This document shows, piece after piece, positions 38,520-51,221 of a DNA stretch of 64,000 nucleotides; the first letter of the stretch is position 1; the number at the start of each line of letters is the position of its first letter. Location of the stretch: contig NIVC01000480.1 in the NCBI GenBank assembly GCA_002269645.1, forward strand, positions 36,348 through 100,347. Direction: 5' to 3'. The stretch is from Macrostomum lignano. Its lineage: Eukaryota. Below the pieces are notes generated by a model. It was not told the origin of the DNA. It searched no databases and was given only the letters and a program-made list of their open reading frames with translations. The position numbers were made by a program, and so were the translations under genes.

Positions 38520-38735
38520 AATATGGTTCAGTTTGGCTGACTCAAAGTCATTCAACGCCATTATGACCCATTTTGGCTCATTCAAAGTCATTCAACGCCA
38601 TTATGATTCAGTTTGGCTCATTCAAAGTCATATTCAACGCCATTATGATTCAGTTTGGCTGACTCAAAGCAATTCAGCGCGAATATGATCCTCATTTTAG
38701 CTCATTTAAAGTCACTCTCGCGCCATTATATGACT
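38520..38735. repeat. Short degenerate about 40-bp repeat (ATTCAACGCCATTATGA..TTTGGCTCATTCAAAGTC)
   Basis: 3-5 imperfect copies. Confidence 0.65.
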
Positions 38736-39400
38736 CATTAGAGACCACAGTGTCTGCAATAGCCTGCAGAAATGCCAACTATGCAAAATGATATATCTAG
38801 AAACAATCTGAATCTTTATATTCAAAGTACACCTGACCCTAATCCAAATCACTCTCTCATCTACCACGACCTGAGCCGACAGGTCACGGTATATACAGTA
38901 ATGCAAATATTTGAACATTTTCCCTGTGGGTACTGTATACATGCAGTATCAGTAAACAGTAAACTGATATACTAACTTTAGTCTGTACGAATTCACTAGC
39001 TATACCGGAGGCAAATTGGAAAAAGTAAGCACAAGTAAACTATCATAGATCTTTCAAGTGTATATGATGGCCGGCGATTTACCTAGCTGATCTGAGTGCA
39101 TGCAACAGATACTACTATAATTAGTTTATTATTATTAAATAAACTTACTATTGTAGCTTAACCAGTTCGATACTCTTAGGAAAAAGTATCCAATACTCTA
39201 GTCTAGTGTACCTTGCATCATAATAATCTCTGAATAAGTAACAACGTGCGAGTTTGTGTTGTAGGAATGCGAGGTTCCCCAAAGATCTTGGCTTAGCAGT
39301 ACAAACATCCCGAAATCTCAGCGGTGTACATGTAACGTACAAGATCCCTATATAACCTGGACTGCCAAAAAGTTCGTCCAACAAAAAGGATATTTAAATT

Positions 39401-40066
39401 TCAGCAGTTTGTACAAGATCCAGTAATCTCAGCAGTTTGTACAAGATCCAGTAATCTCAGCAGTTTGTACAAGATCCAGTAATCTCAGCAGTTTGTACAA
39501 GATCCAGTAATCTCAGCAGTTTGTACAAGATCCAGTAATCTCAGCAGTTTGTACAAGATCCAGTAATCTCAGCAGTTTGTACAAGATCCAGTAATCTCAG
39601 CAGTTTGTACAAGATCCAGTAATCTCAGCAGTTTGTACAAGATCCAGTAATCTCAGCAGTTTGTACAAGATCCAGTAATCTCAGCAGTTTGTACAAGATC
39701 CAGTAATCTCAGCAGTTTGTACAAGATCCAGTAATCTCAGCAGTTTGTACAAGATCCAGTAATCTCAGCAGTTTGTACAAGATCCAGTAATCTCAGCAGT
39801 TTGTACAAGATCCAGTAATCTCAGCAGTTTGTACAAGATCCAGTAATCTCAGCAGTTTGTACAAGATCCAGTAATCTCAGCAGTTTGTACAAGATCCAGT
39901 AATCTCAGCAGTTTGTACAAGATCCAGTAATCTCAGCAGTTTGTACAAGATCCAGTAATCTCAGCAGTTTGTACAAGATCCAGTAATCTCAGCAGTTTGT
40001 ACAAGATCCAGTAATCTCAGCAGTTTGTACAAGATCCAGTAATCTCAGCAGTTTGTACAAGATCCG
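39401..40066. repeat. Near-perfect minisatellite, 28-bp unit TCAGCAGTTTGTACAAGATCCAGTAATC, about 23 copies
   Basis: Read directly; essentially no variants. Confidence 0.98.
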
Positions 40067-40253
40067 GAAATCACTTCACTTGTAACGATTACACTACGCG
40101 TACATAGGAAATTTTATGAAAATAAAAAAGATCATCAAAAGAATTATCACGAGCTCATTATTTGCCTTTTCTTTCCACAAATTGTTTAAATATTTTATTT
40201 AACCACAAAAAACAGACCAGCTACAGGACTCAGGCATGGTTAAATTCAGCAAT

Positions 40254-42243
40254 TCAGTAGCTTTTATTACGAAACGAGCAGCCCTCGGTGAGGCGAGCTT
40301 TGCCACCAGTAGGCTGGCTGAGGATGGTGCTGCATCCGGCACACACCACAACAGTCTGCGCGTGCGAGAACACGGTGGTGATCTTCAGGCAGCCTGAGGG
40401 TTATAGGATCAGATTAGGGAATATTTTGCACTGTTAAATTTTAGTCTAAAGATTTGTCTGAGGTGATTTTTAGCCAGCCTGAAGATCTGTCTGAGGTGAT
40501 TTTTAGCCAGCCTGAAGATCTGTCTGAGGTGATTTTTAGCCAGCCTGAAGATCTGTCTGAGGTGATTTTTAGACAGTCTGAAGATCTGTCTGAGGTGATT
40601 TTTAGACAGTCTGAAGATCTGTCTGAGGTGATTTTTAGACAGTCTGAAGATTTGTCTGAGGTGATTTTTAGCCAGCCTGAAGATCTGTCTGAGGTGATTT
40701 TTAGACAGTCTGAAGATCTGTCTGAGGTGATTTTTAGACAGTCTGAAGATCTGTCTGAGGTGATTTTTAGACAGTCTGAAGATCTGTCTGAGGTGATTTT
40801 TAGACAGTCTGAAGATCTGTCTGAGGTGATTTTTAGCCAGTCTGAAGATCTGTCTGAGGTGATTTTTAGACAGTCTGACTGAAGATCTGTCGGAGGTGAT
40901 TTTTAGCCAGCCTGAAGATCTGTCTGAGGTGATTTTTAGCCAGCCTGAAGATTTGTCAGAGGTGATTTTTAGACAGTCTGACTGAAGATCTGTCGGAGGT
41001 GATTTTTAGCCAGCCTGAAGATCTGTCTGAGGTGATTTTTAGCCAGCCTGAAGATCTGTCTGAGGTGATTTTTAGCCAGCCTGAAGATTTGTCTGAGGTG
41101 ATTTTTAGCCAGCCTGAAGATCTGTCTGAGGTGATTTTTAGCCAGCCTGAAGATCTGTCTGAGGTGATTTTTAGCCAGCCTGAAGATTTGTCTGAGGTGA
41201 TTTTTAGCCAGCCTGAAGATCTGTCGGAGGTGATTTTTAGCCAGCCTGAAGATCTGTCTGAGGTGATTTTTAGACAGTCTGACTGAAGATCTGTCTGAGG
41301 TGATTTTTAGACAGCCTGAAGATTTGTCTGAGGTGATTTTTAGACAGCCTGAAGATTTGTCTGAGGTGATTTTTAGACAGCCTGAAGATTTGTCTGAGGT
41401 GATTTTTAGCCAGCCTGAAGATTTGTCTGAGGTGATTTTTAGCCAGCCTGAAGATTTGTCTGAGGTGATTTTTAGACAGTCTGACTGAAGATCTGTCGGA
41501 GGTGATTTTTAGACAGTCTGAAGATTTGTCTGAGGTGATTTTTAGACAGTCTGAAGATCTGTCTGGGGTGATTTTTAGCCAGCCTGAAGATTTGTCTGAG
41601 GTGATTTTTAGCCAGCCTGAAGATCTTTCTGAGGTGATTTTTAGACAGTCTGAAGATTTGTCTGAGGTGATTTTTAGCCAGCCTGAAGATCTGTCTGAGG
41701 TGATTTTTAGCCAGCCTGAAGATCTGTCTGGGGTGATTTTTAGCCAGCCTGAAGATTTGTCTGAGGTGATTTTTAGCCAGCCTGAAGATCTGTCTGGGGT
41801 GATTTTTAGCCAGCCTGAAGATCTGTCTGGGGTGATTTTTAGCCAGCCTGAAGATTTGTCTGAGGTGATTTTTAGCCAGCCTGAAGATCTTTCTGAGGTG
41901 ATTTTTAGACAGTCTGAAGATTTGTCTGAGGTGATTTTTAGCCAGCCTGAAGATCTGTCTGAGGTGATTTTTAGACAGTCTGAAGATTTGTCTGAGGTGA
42001 TTTTTAGACAGTCTGAAGATTTGTCTGAGGTGATTTTTAGACAGTCTGAAGATTTAGTTAACTATCAATGGCGTTTAAAATTTTGGACACACTGAAATTA
42101 TTGCTATATGATTCTTGAATGTCCTTACCTGCACACTTCACATCCATAAAACAGGAATTTGGTGACTGAACCAGACGCTTTTTCTTGTGCTTTCGCTTCT
42201 CTTGGCTGAGAGATGGGTGCAACAGATCTCTGGCTAGAGGCAT
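40254..42243 (-). CDS. RPS27: 40S ribosomal protein S27, 84 aa; exons 42243-42129 and 40393-40254
   Basis: [38 protein letters not shown]|[46 protein letters not shown]; four Zn-binding Cys retained; GTAAG donor and CAG acceptor. Confidence 0.96.
40444..42056. repeat. Intronic minisatellite, 33-bp unit TCTGAGGTGATTTTTAGCCAGCCTGAAGATCTG (variant ..AGACAGTCTG..)
   Basis: Tandem repetition filling the RPS27 intron. Confidence 0.97.
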
Positions 42244-44545
42244 GACTAACATGAATAGAGTAATTTAAATTGCGGTAAGGTGATTTATTTACTTTGTAGA
42301 CTACTCAAAGTAGAAACAGTTTAACTAAACCTTGTCAAGCAAAAATTACAAACGTTTTTATCCAATTTTTCGCAAGCTTATTGGCTAGCCAAGTATTTAG
42401 AACTTAATGCCTATTAATTTTTGCCTGCTCTTAGTTTGAATGGCAACTAATTAACTAATAAATAAATTAGCAATGAGCTAGTGAATTATACTACTTGCAC
42501 TACCTATCTTTAGATCAGGGGTTAAAAAGATTTTTACCTCTAGGGCTGGATAAAGAATCCAGCTCATGGCTGCAGGCGAGTTGGGAGTGGAAAACAGAAA
42601 GAATAGAAAGCAAGATAAGATAGGATGTTGGAATTGAGATAAAAAGATAGACGATGAAAGAGAAGATGAGAGGGGGAAAAATAGACAAAGATCTGAAAAA
42701 GACCCAACCTTAAAAGTTTCTATTGAAGTTATTATTGTGAAGTTTTAAAGGAACTGAGAGACAGAGATGTTTTGTAGGCCACATAGCAGGCTATAGTTAA
42801 GCAACCCCTAGTTTATATTGTATTTAATAAATTCAATAACAATAAAATGGATGATTCAAGAACTTATTGGTCTAGCTCAATGGTTAAAAAGAAAAGGTAA
42901 GACTTTATTTCACTATTTAGTTCAAGCTATTTCTTTTCTTCAAAATTGCAATGTTAATAGTAGCCTACTATTAACCATTAGCCTTATAGGAAAAAGTTGT
43001 AAAACTGCGGACAGCGTCCGGCACACTTTCTAATTTTTTTTTTAAATGTATATATTTGCTTGTATTTATAATCTAAATATACTAAATAATTTTACTAAAT
43101 ATGGCAGACAATTATTATTAAAATTTAATCAATAGTACATATATAGTAAGCATAATAAAGCAAAGCAGCATAATTAACTACTTAATAAGGAAAAATAGAA
43201 TTGAAACTATGAATAGAAGATACATACTTTTTTGTAATCTATTTAACAAACTAAATAGATTAAAAGAATCTATTTCATGCCTTAATATAATGCCTTAGCT
43301 ATATTAAGGCAAACATGATAAGGCAATCAATAAGGTAAGGCTAGTAAAAATGCTATTAAAATGATAACTACTATACAAACAATTACTATGACTTAAAAAT
43401 TGATTGAATTTAAAAGTCAAGACAATTTAATAAATGATTTATAATGCATTCAAAAGATAGGCAATATAAAAATAATAGGAAAAATGTAATAAAATCTGAC
43501 TTTTTTTCAAATTTGGAAGCCATAATATGAATAAAGCGAATGAATACTGGTATTCAAAACCAGTATTGGCAAAATTCCAGTAATGAATACTGGGATCCCA
43601 GTTTTGGGCAAGTCTAGTATTTTATAGCATCCCTATTTATATGCCAAAAAATAGAAATGTGATCCTTGTATATATCAAAATTCAAAAATAATAGGCCTAT
43701 CTTACTTTCTGCTTCAAAAATAAAGGACATTTATCCATTGTTACATTTAACATTTACATATACATTATATGATTATAACAAAATAAATTTTGTCTATTTT
43801 TTATAAAAACTTATATTTTTTAAAGTCTTGTTGCTTAAATTCTTCAAAATAGCATTATCATATTCAATTTTAATTATTAGGGGCCTATTTTCATTTTTTT
43901 GTTTGTAGGCCCCTACTTTGGTTAACTTTTAACTGCTTACCTTTTTCTTTTAAATTTTCAATTTTTTGTTACAGAAATTAGAAGATATTTGCATCTATTT
44001 TCAAATAGCTTTGTATGGGCTATTATTATTTCTATACCAAAAGGCCCTACACTTTTAAAATTTAAGCATACCAAATATATACACTAATTAAGTATGAAAG
44101 GCTAATGAATGCCAGAAAATTCTAGCATACAGGACACTCTCTGACTTACTGACTATGGAGCCTAGCTAAACTATTAAATGAATCTATAGCCTATGGCCCA
44201 TAAGGCAAAACAATCTATAGGCCTAGGCAAAGGCAAATTGATCTAGGGATAAATTTTGGTAATTTCCTAGATTTGCACATTTAGCCTAATTATTTTCTGT
44301 TTGAAATTGCGCATTTATTTGGCGCAGTCGTGCTAAAGTGACGTGGCACATAGTCTATGGTCCTTGTAGTCTATAGTCTATGGAATAAAGGTCTGAGGGT
44401 GATAAGAGTGAAGGTGATAGCGAAGGGAAAGGATTTTGACATGCACATTGAGGAGTTTCTATGGCGCCAACTGTTCCACGACTACACAAATAGAAACTTT
44501 CTATATTGGGTGCAACATTACTACAGCATTTATTACCACTTAATC

Positions 44546-44970
44546 CAGGGGTCCCCAACCTGCTGCCTGTAGGCCACGTGTGGCCCGCGAGCCCTTTTTT
44601 TGGCCTGCAGCACTTTCCAGTAGTTTGCATTACATGCGGCCTGCCAAGTCTATCACTAGATTTCACTACAGCCCCCGAAAATGTTAAAATTTTCCTAGCT
44701 ATACTGAAAATATTCCCAGAAATCTCTTACCTTCCCCACTGCTAGAAGCAATGCTTCAATTCATTTGGATTGCTATTTTAGCCACTCCTAGTGCACAAAT
44801 GTACACACAGTCAAGAGTTGAAGTAAAAAGTAGGAAGGAATGCTAGCTAATATCAATATGGTTCAAGGCAAAGGAGGTGGGCCATTATATTTATATATTA
44901 GCATGCAGCCCACACACCCTAAGCCAGTTGTCAATGCGGCCTGCCACCCATATAAGGTTGGGGACCCCTG
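44546..44970. mobile_element. hAT-type MITE, 425 bp
   Basis: Perfect 16-bp TIR CAGGGGTCCCCAACCT; 8-bp TSD ACTTAATC/AATTAATC (7/8). Confidence 0.87.
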
Positions 44971-47180
44971 AATTAATCCATAGTCCAGATCATGGCAAGG
45001 TGTATGCCAAACTAAAACTTGATGGATCCACAGTTTGTATGCCAATGTAGCCAAATTTTTTCTGCTTTCTCTAACTGTACGCCATTTTTATACCACGAAA
45101 AATGGAGCATATCGCAATTTAAATACAGTTACACCTATGTTATCTTACTACAAGCAAGTAAAATAACATTATGCCTCTAGTAGCAGGTTTTATAAGAATA
45201 TTAAAATTATTCAATAGAACAATAGATAGGAATATATTTTGTTAAAGTGAATGTTTTTCTAACATAAATTCCATTTTTTAAATTATTGTGCAAATTCCTA
45301 AAAAATACCAATGTTTAAATGTACATTACATTGCAAGTTGCAATAGCAACAGCATCCCTACGCCACTCACGCCAATAGGTAGGGCCCAATTTTTTGGTTG
45401 TATGCCAATGTATGCCAATAGGGTTAGCAAGGGGTGACCCCTTGCTCAAGGGGTGACAAGGGGTAACAAGGGGTGACCCAGCCCGGTTATGATCTGGACT
45501 ATGGCACTTAATACCATTTAAAAAACAAACTATTGACATTATAAACTTTTATTGACACTTAACTACCAGTTTATAACTTTTTCTGTTGCTCATTTGTTTT
45601 TGCACCACGTAAATGCACAATTTCAAACAGATAACAATTAAACATGCAAATCTAGGAAATTGCCTAAAATTTCTTTGGCCAAAACAGTTTATGGGCCAAA
45701 CAACCCCAGTTACCCAATAAATAATAAAATTCATAAATGTACTTTTTAATTATAAACCTATTTAATTTTTTGTTTCAATTACATAATTAAAAAAAGCAAA
45801 TTTCACATAAAATTGAAAGACAAAATTCTAAAATGTAGGCCTTGCCTAACAAAATATAAAAAATAGGGCCTATTCCAATTTATCATTTAATTCGCAAGAT
45901 AAATTTATAATTTTTATAATCATTATAGAATATAGACAGTAAGACAGATTCACCAGGGCCAAATTTAGGTCTAGAAATGGGTAGTAATTAGGTAATAATA
46001 AACTGACAATTTTCTTATTTTTTTCTCAGAGGCAGATCCAAGAGTTTTTAGGGGGCATCAGTGAACCCGAGTAAGGGATTATTATTCACTAGGGCTTATA
46101 GATAGTTAGTATAGTATGCTGCATAGCAAAGGAATCTTTGCGAGTCTGGCAGGCACTGAACTGAATGCAGGCACTATAACTGATGAGCGGGGCCGCGGGT
46201 GTAGTTGACAAGCTCGTATGTGTTGGTGTCGAATTCGAAACGTGCACACGCGTTTTCCTGTTTTAACAAAGTTCAAGCAAAATTAGGAACAATTTATTTC
46301 AGCAATCTTCTTTCATAAATAATTTATAAAATGCTTAATTCTGGATTTTTTTAGGTACAGGGGCAGTTATAATCCGGGAGCTTGCAGTACAAAATTAGGG
46401 CCTGCGGCGTTAAATTAAAATGAGTGCCTGTGGTGGCTGCCGATGCAAGATAAGTGCCTGTAGCGCAAAAATGTGTGTTGTGGATTGAATTTTGCAGTTA
46501 AAATGTATTTTATTATTGAACATAATTAAGCATAATATAAGCATAGCATAGCGAGTCTTCAAGAAAGAAAAGGAGAGCTGATCCGTGGTCTTTTGGTTTG
46601 GAGTTGCAGAGGACATAAAATATAACTGTAAGAATCAAGGCTAATATTGATTATTAATTGTAGTCCCACTCATTGCATGCTTAGCTGGCGATGGAATTCT
46701 TGCTTGCCGGCTAATAAGTACTTCAGCTCCATGTGTACACAACAGTAATGCAAATGGAGTATACTCAATTTAAACTCGATAATTGTTTCTCTGTGTATCC
46801 AGGTGGTGCAAATTTGTGCACCACCATAGTGGAGATATGCCAAAAAACAGTACCTGACATTCAACAATGGTACTCTAGCTGAGTATCTGCATGAAGAAGG
46901 CTCCAGATTTTTATTGTGTTAAGAGCCCAGCTGATTGACACTTTCTCTATACTTTGACAGCTACTCATAAAACTCGTTTTTCTCATCAAGCATCCTAAGG
47001 AATAACAGTTAGGATGAGCTAGGAAGGGTTTTCTTTTTCAGTAGCTACTGACATGGGGTTGATGCTATTAAGACACGAATATATATGAAGACTTAGACGA
47101 TCATCTAGCTACATATGTAACACACCCAATGAGAATTTCACTGTCGAATCGCTCATAAGAGTAGCCAATTTGCTTTTGTC

Positions 47181-47555
47181 TTGTTGATATGCCATCATTG
47201 GGTGTCGGCCTCTGACTCCTCAAGCAGCGGGTCAACCTATATCTGCAGCTCGGACAGCCCCAGCAACAGCACTTTGCCTCCGGCTTTCGCGGCAGTCGAT
47301 GGCAGCGGCTCAATCCAGTGCTCCATGCGCTGCTTTGAGAGACCGAACTGTCACGGCTTTTACTATTGGACTGACGGTCACATGGTGTGCCAGCTGTTCA
47401 ACACTTCCGCGTTCTACTGGCGAACCTCGTGGTGGACTGCTGTCGACCAGCCGTGCGACTTCTTCGTTAAGAACGCTGGTGATTTTTCTTTGTACGAATT
47501 ATTATATTTTTCTTGGTGTTGTCCAAGCAATAACACCAGGGGTTTGAACATCTGA
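47181..47555 (+). CDS. Putative secreted PAN/Apple-like cysteine-domain protein; start codon unresolved
   Basis: Hydrophobic FAFVLLICHHWVSA, then IQCSMRCFERPNCHGFYY..VCQLF..PCDFF with PAN-like Cys spacing; no in-frame ATG upstream of the signal-like segment. Confidence 0.45.
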   Translation: MLICHHWVSASDSSSSGSTYICSSDSPSNSTLPPAFAAVDGSGSIQCSMRCFERPNCHGFYYWTDGHMVCQLFNTSAFYWRTSWWTAVDQPCDFFVKNAGDFSLYELLYFSWCCPSNNTRGLNI

Positions 47556-47559
47556 GCAA

Positions 47560-47924
47560 AGTGATTTCGCCGCAGGCACTCATTTTGGCGCCGCAGGTAC
47601 TCTGATCATTTTAGCGCCGCAGGCACTCATTTTAGCACCGCAGGCACTCATTTTAGGACCGCAGGTACTCATTTCAGGCACTTATTTTGGCACCGCAGGC
47701 ACTCATTTTGGAGCCACAGGCACTCAGTTTAGCGCAGCAGACACTTATTTTGACGCCGAAGGCGCTATGTTTTGGCGCCCTGAAGAAAAATTATTGATTA
47801 CCACAACGTGTCACAATTGGTGGGTCGGGGGAGGGGGACAAAGCATTGGCATGTCCCCCTATAACTTTTACTGGGGGGGCATGTCCCCCCCCCCCCCCTG
47901 GTCCCCCTGGTGGCGACGCGCCTG
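47560..47924. mobile_element. Left-truncated copy of the 21-bp-satellite MITE family
   Basis: About 10 GCGCCGCAGGCACTCATTTT units, subterminal GGGGGACAAAGCATTGGCATG and terminal TGGCGACGC, as at 10255-10337. Confidence 0.7.
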
Positions 47925-48288
47925 CCCAAAACTAGATGCTCTGCGAAGCTAAAAAATAACTGAACTATTTCAAAAATACGTACGTCTGATTTTGCAAGCT
48001 GTCTGAGTTTAATATTATCATGGTTCGTTTCCAAAACATGAGTGTTGTAGCAGGAACAAAACACAGAGTCAACAGTAGCATGCATGTACATCATGCAGTT
48101 GAAAACAGTATAAGAACAATTGAAGTGTGTTTGAAACTTTCATGCTTCTTAATGGGTGAACTTATCAGCTTGAAATTTTTACAGTCACTGACTGCTCTGT
48201 CTGTTGTCTTTGGTAAAATTGGTCAAGCATGCTGTAGAGAGTGCTTCATCAAAGCAGCCCCAAGTCGTCCAAAAGTGCACAGGTCTCC

Positions 48289-48630
48289 CTAATCAGCGGG
48301 CGCGTTGTTGGCAAAGTACTGTTCAGAATCTGAAGGCCGCTTCGTCTGTTCTCGGTGCTCGCCCGATCGCTTCAAACGATGCAGATTTCCCAGCTGCTCG
48401 ACACTACGACAATAGTGCAACTTCATCACTTCGTCTGCGAATGTGTAGTGGCTGAGGTAGAACTCGGTGTCACGGTCGCTGGCAACAAGTTCGTTTCGCT
48501 CATGCACAATAGTTTGCAATGGTAGATAGAAAAAATTGTAAGCTATGAATAGGACAGCAATAGTTGCTATGGCAACCGCTGAGCTTAGTAAGATTTCGTC
48601 GGTCAATTCCCGATGGTCGTCTGCAGTCAT
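48289..48630 (-). CDS. Hypothetical 113-aa single-pass membrane protein
   Basis: GCC-ATG context, complete ORF in non-repetitive DNA, hydrophobic segment ILLSSAVAIATIAVLFIAYNFFYL; family not recognised. Confidence 0.5.
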   Translation of the reverse strand: MTADDHRELTDEILLSSAVAIATIAVLFIAYNFFYLPLQTIVHERNELVASDRDTEFYLSHYTFADEVMKLHYCRSVEQLGNLHRLKRSGEHREQTKRPSDSEQYFANNAPAD

Positions 48631-49789
48631 GGCGATGTACTTCTTCGAGTCATATACATATAAAATCCGAAATTGCTTATTTAATTGACGTTTAATGGGC
48701 GCCTTCGCAGCAAGGAATCAATAGTCTATGGTAAAACTACTTTCATACCGGGACCAATAAATCATTTAATAGTCTTCAAACGGAGCCCATTAAACGATTT
48801 AATGGTCTCGGGAAAGACCAGGTGTACCATAGAGTAATAAACAATTAGTGTATATCTGATGTCGCAAATAGAAAATGAGACAAACAGAATACGAATAACG
48901 CATAACTCATGCTTCTTCTTAATAGTTTTCTATGCTAGCTTCAAAAAGTCTGCAGGCACTCAACAGGATTTCAATTTTATAGGACCGTCAATGACGATAG
49001 ACTTCACTCCGTGTGCATTAGAGGACTCACAAGACTCATCAGAAGCGACAAGCTCACCGGTGGGACCGTTGCTCAGGTTTGCTTTTGGAACAGAGATGCC
49101 TTGTAAAGCACTGGACGCAATCCTAGCCACCTTGGCAAAGGGACCGATGATTCTCAGACACCCTAGCGCTCCAAGTCGGTCGTATCAAGCAACTCTCACA
49201 CACGGCATGTCGAAGGTAAAGATTGACGCACCGCATCAGCTGCAGGCGGATTCTCAAATGAGTGGAAGATATCAGAGAATTCGACGTCTTCCTCAGCGCC
49301 AGCCATAGCAAATTGGACAGCACGAATCCTCGGTAAAGCAGTTAGACTGATTTTGTCGCACTCGCTTCTCTTCTCTTTAGAATTTCTTTCACTTGCTGAC
49401 TGTCTTAAGATAATTCATTCTAAACATTGTCTATGGCCCGCGAGAAAGATTTAAGACCGTCTCGAGACCATTAAATGCAGCCTCGGACATTCTGACCATA
49501 GAATGCTTATTAAATGGCGATTATCATATACGTACGTAATTATTGCAGTGCATTCGATTGCACATTCTGCTTTTGGTATAATATTTATCAGCATTGCGCA
49601 GTTCCATAGACATCGGAAATATGAAGTGCCTGCAGTGTGGCAGAAAAGTTTGATTTCACTGCAGACATGATTTTGAGAATTTGTAAAAAACATGCAGTAA
49701 ATACATCGTACATGTACGAGCTAATTTACTACAGCTCCTACTGCATGCTTGCATCTTTAGTCAACACAGACTGTCTGCAAAAACCCATT

Positions 49790-50500
49790 TAGTGTCTTTA
49801 ACACCCAGTTAAGAATTTGTAACACCCATTTAGTGTCTTTAACACCCAGTTAATAAAATGTAACACTCGTTTTTGTGTCTAACACCCAGTTAAGAATCTG
49901 TAACACCAATATCAGTGTCTTTAAAACCCAGTTAAGAATCTGTAACACCAATATCAGTGTCTTTAACACCCAGTTAAGAATCTGTAACACCAATATCAGT
50001 GTCTTTAACACCCAGTTAATAATCTGTAACACCCATTTAGTGTCTTTAACACCCAGTTAATAAAATGTAACACTCGTTTTAGTGTCTTTAACACCCAGTT
50101 AAGAATCTGTAACACCAATATCAGTGTCTTTAACACCCAGTTAATAATCTGTAACACCCATTTAGTGTCTTTAACACCCAGTTAATAAAATGTAACACTC
50201 GTTTTTGTGTCTAACACCCAGTTAATAATCTGTAACACCAATATCAGTGTCTTTAACACCCAGTTAAGAATCTGTAACACCAATATCAGTGTCTTTAACA
50301 CCCAGTTAAGAATCTGTAACCCACGATAGTGTCTGCAACACTAATTAAAGTGTCTGTAACACTCCTTTAGTGTCTGCAACATTCAAGTGTCCCATTAAAG
50401 TGTCTGTAACACCTCATTTTAGTCTGTGTAACACCTATTATGTGTCTGTAACACCCCATTTTAGTAACACCAATATCAGTGCCAGCCTGCAAAACACCCA
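49790..50500. repeat. Minisatellite, about 42-bp unit ACACCCAGTTAAGAATCTGTAACACCAATATCAGTGTCTTTA
   Basis: Tandem repetition, degenerating to the right. Confidence 0.9.
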
Positions 50501-51221
50501 GCTAAGTGTCTAACACCAAGTAACCATGCAAAGTGTAATCAATCCAGTGTACGTTGACGATAAATAAAATATAATTTTCATCATAAAAAATTAACAAACA
50601 ACCCTTTAAAATTTGTTTTTGATCGCCTGGCTGTATTGACAAGCAATATATAGGTAATATTTCGGTATATATATGTATATTATTATTATTATGCACACAT
50701 AATATGGCAGTATAAAAATTCTATTCAGTCGCACACGGGCTGTTGAGAGTGCAGATTCGTTAAATTTAACTTCTAATTATAAAATTTCCCGATTATACTA
50801 CTGGAAATGGATAGAGAAAAGTAGTAAGTCACCAAATTTTATGATGAAATATAATAACAATAATAACAAATATGCTGGTGAGAATAGTGAGAACTAGAAA
50901 GGCAGTGTGAGCAGGAATTATAACAAACAGATTTTATTCAACATTCTGAAAAAACAAACAGAGCTGGCAGTCACAGAAAGTACATAATTATTTAGCAAGC
51001 CGCTTTTTGTTTAACAATTTAATCAAAATTATTGAAAAGAGCTGGCTTATACTATACATAAGAAAAACAATTTACCTTAGATGCTGCATTAGTAATCACG
51101 GATACGCCAAGGGTTTAAGCTGCAGGTTTTTGAAGAAAAAAACTGGATACTGTAAATCTCGGGTTGAAAATTTATTGATTTACTTGGTACAAGCTGCTGG
51201 TTGAGCAACAGGAATTCACTT

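Noticed and set aside
40454-42095. [11 protein letters not shown] repeat ORFs
   Set aside because: Antisense to the RPS27 intron and interrupted by recurring TGA-containing variants.
46160-46250. Possible orphan minus-strand exon (ENACARFEFDTNTYELVNYTRGPAHQL*)
   Set aside because: It has an acceptor and coding-like composition, but I found no partner exon or recognisable homology.
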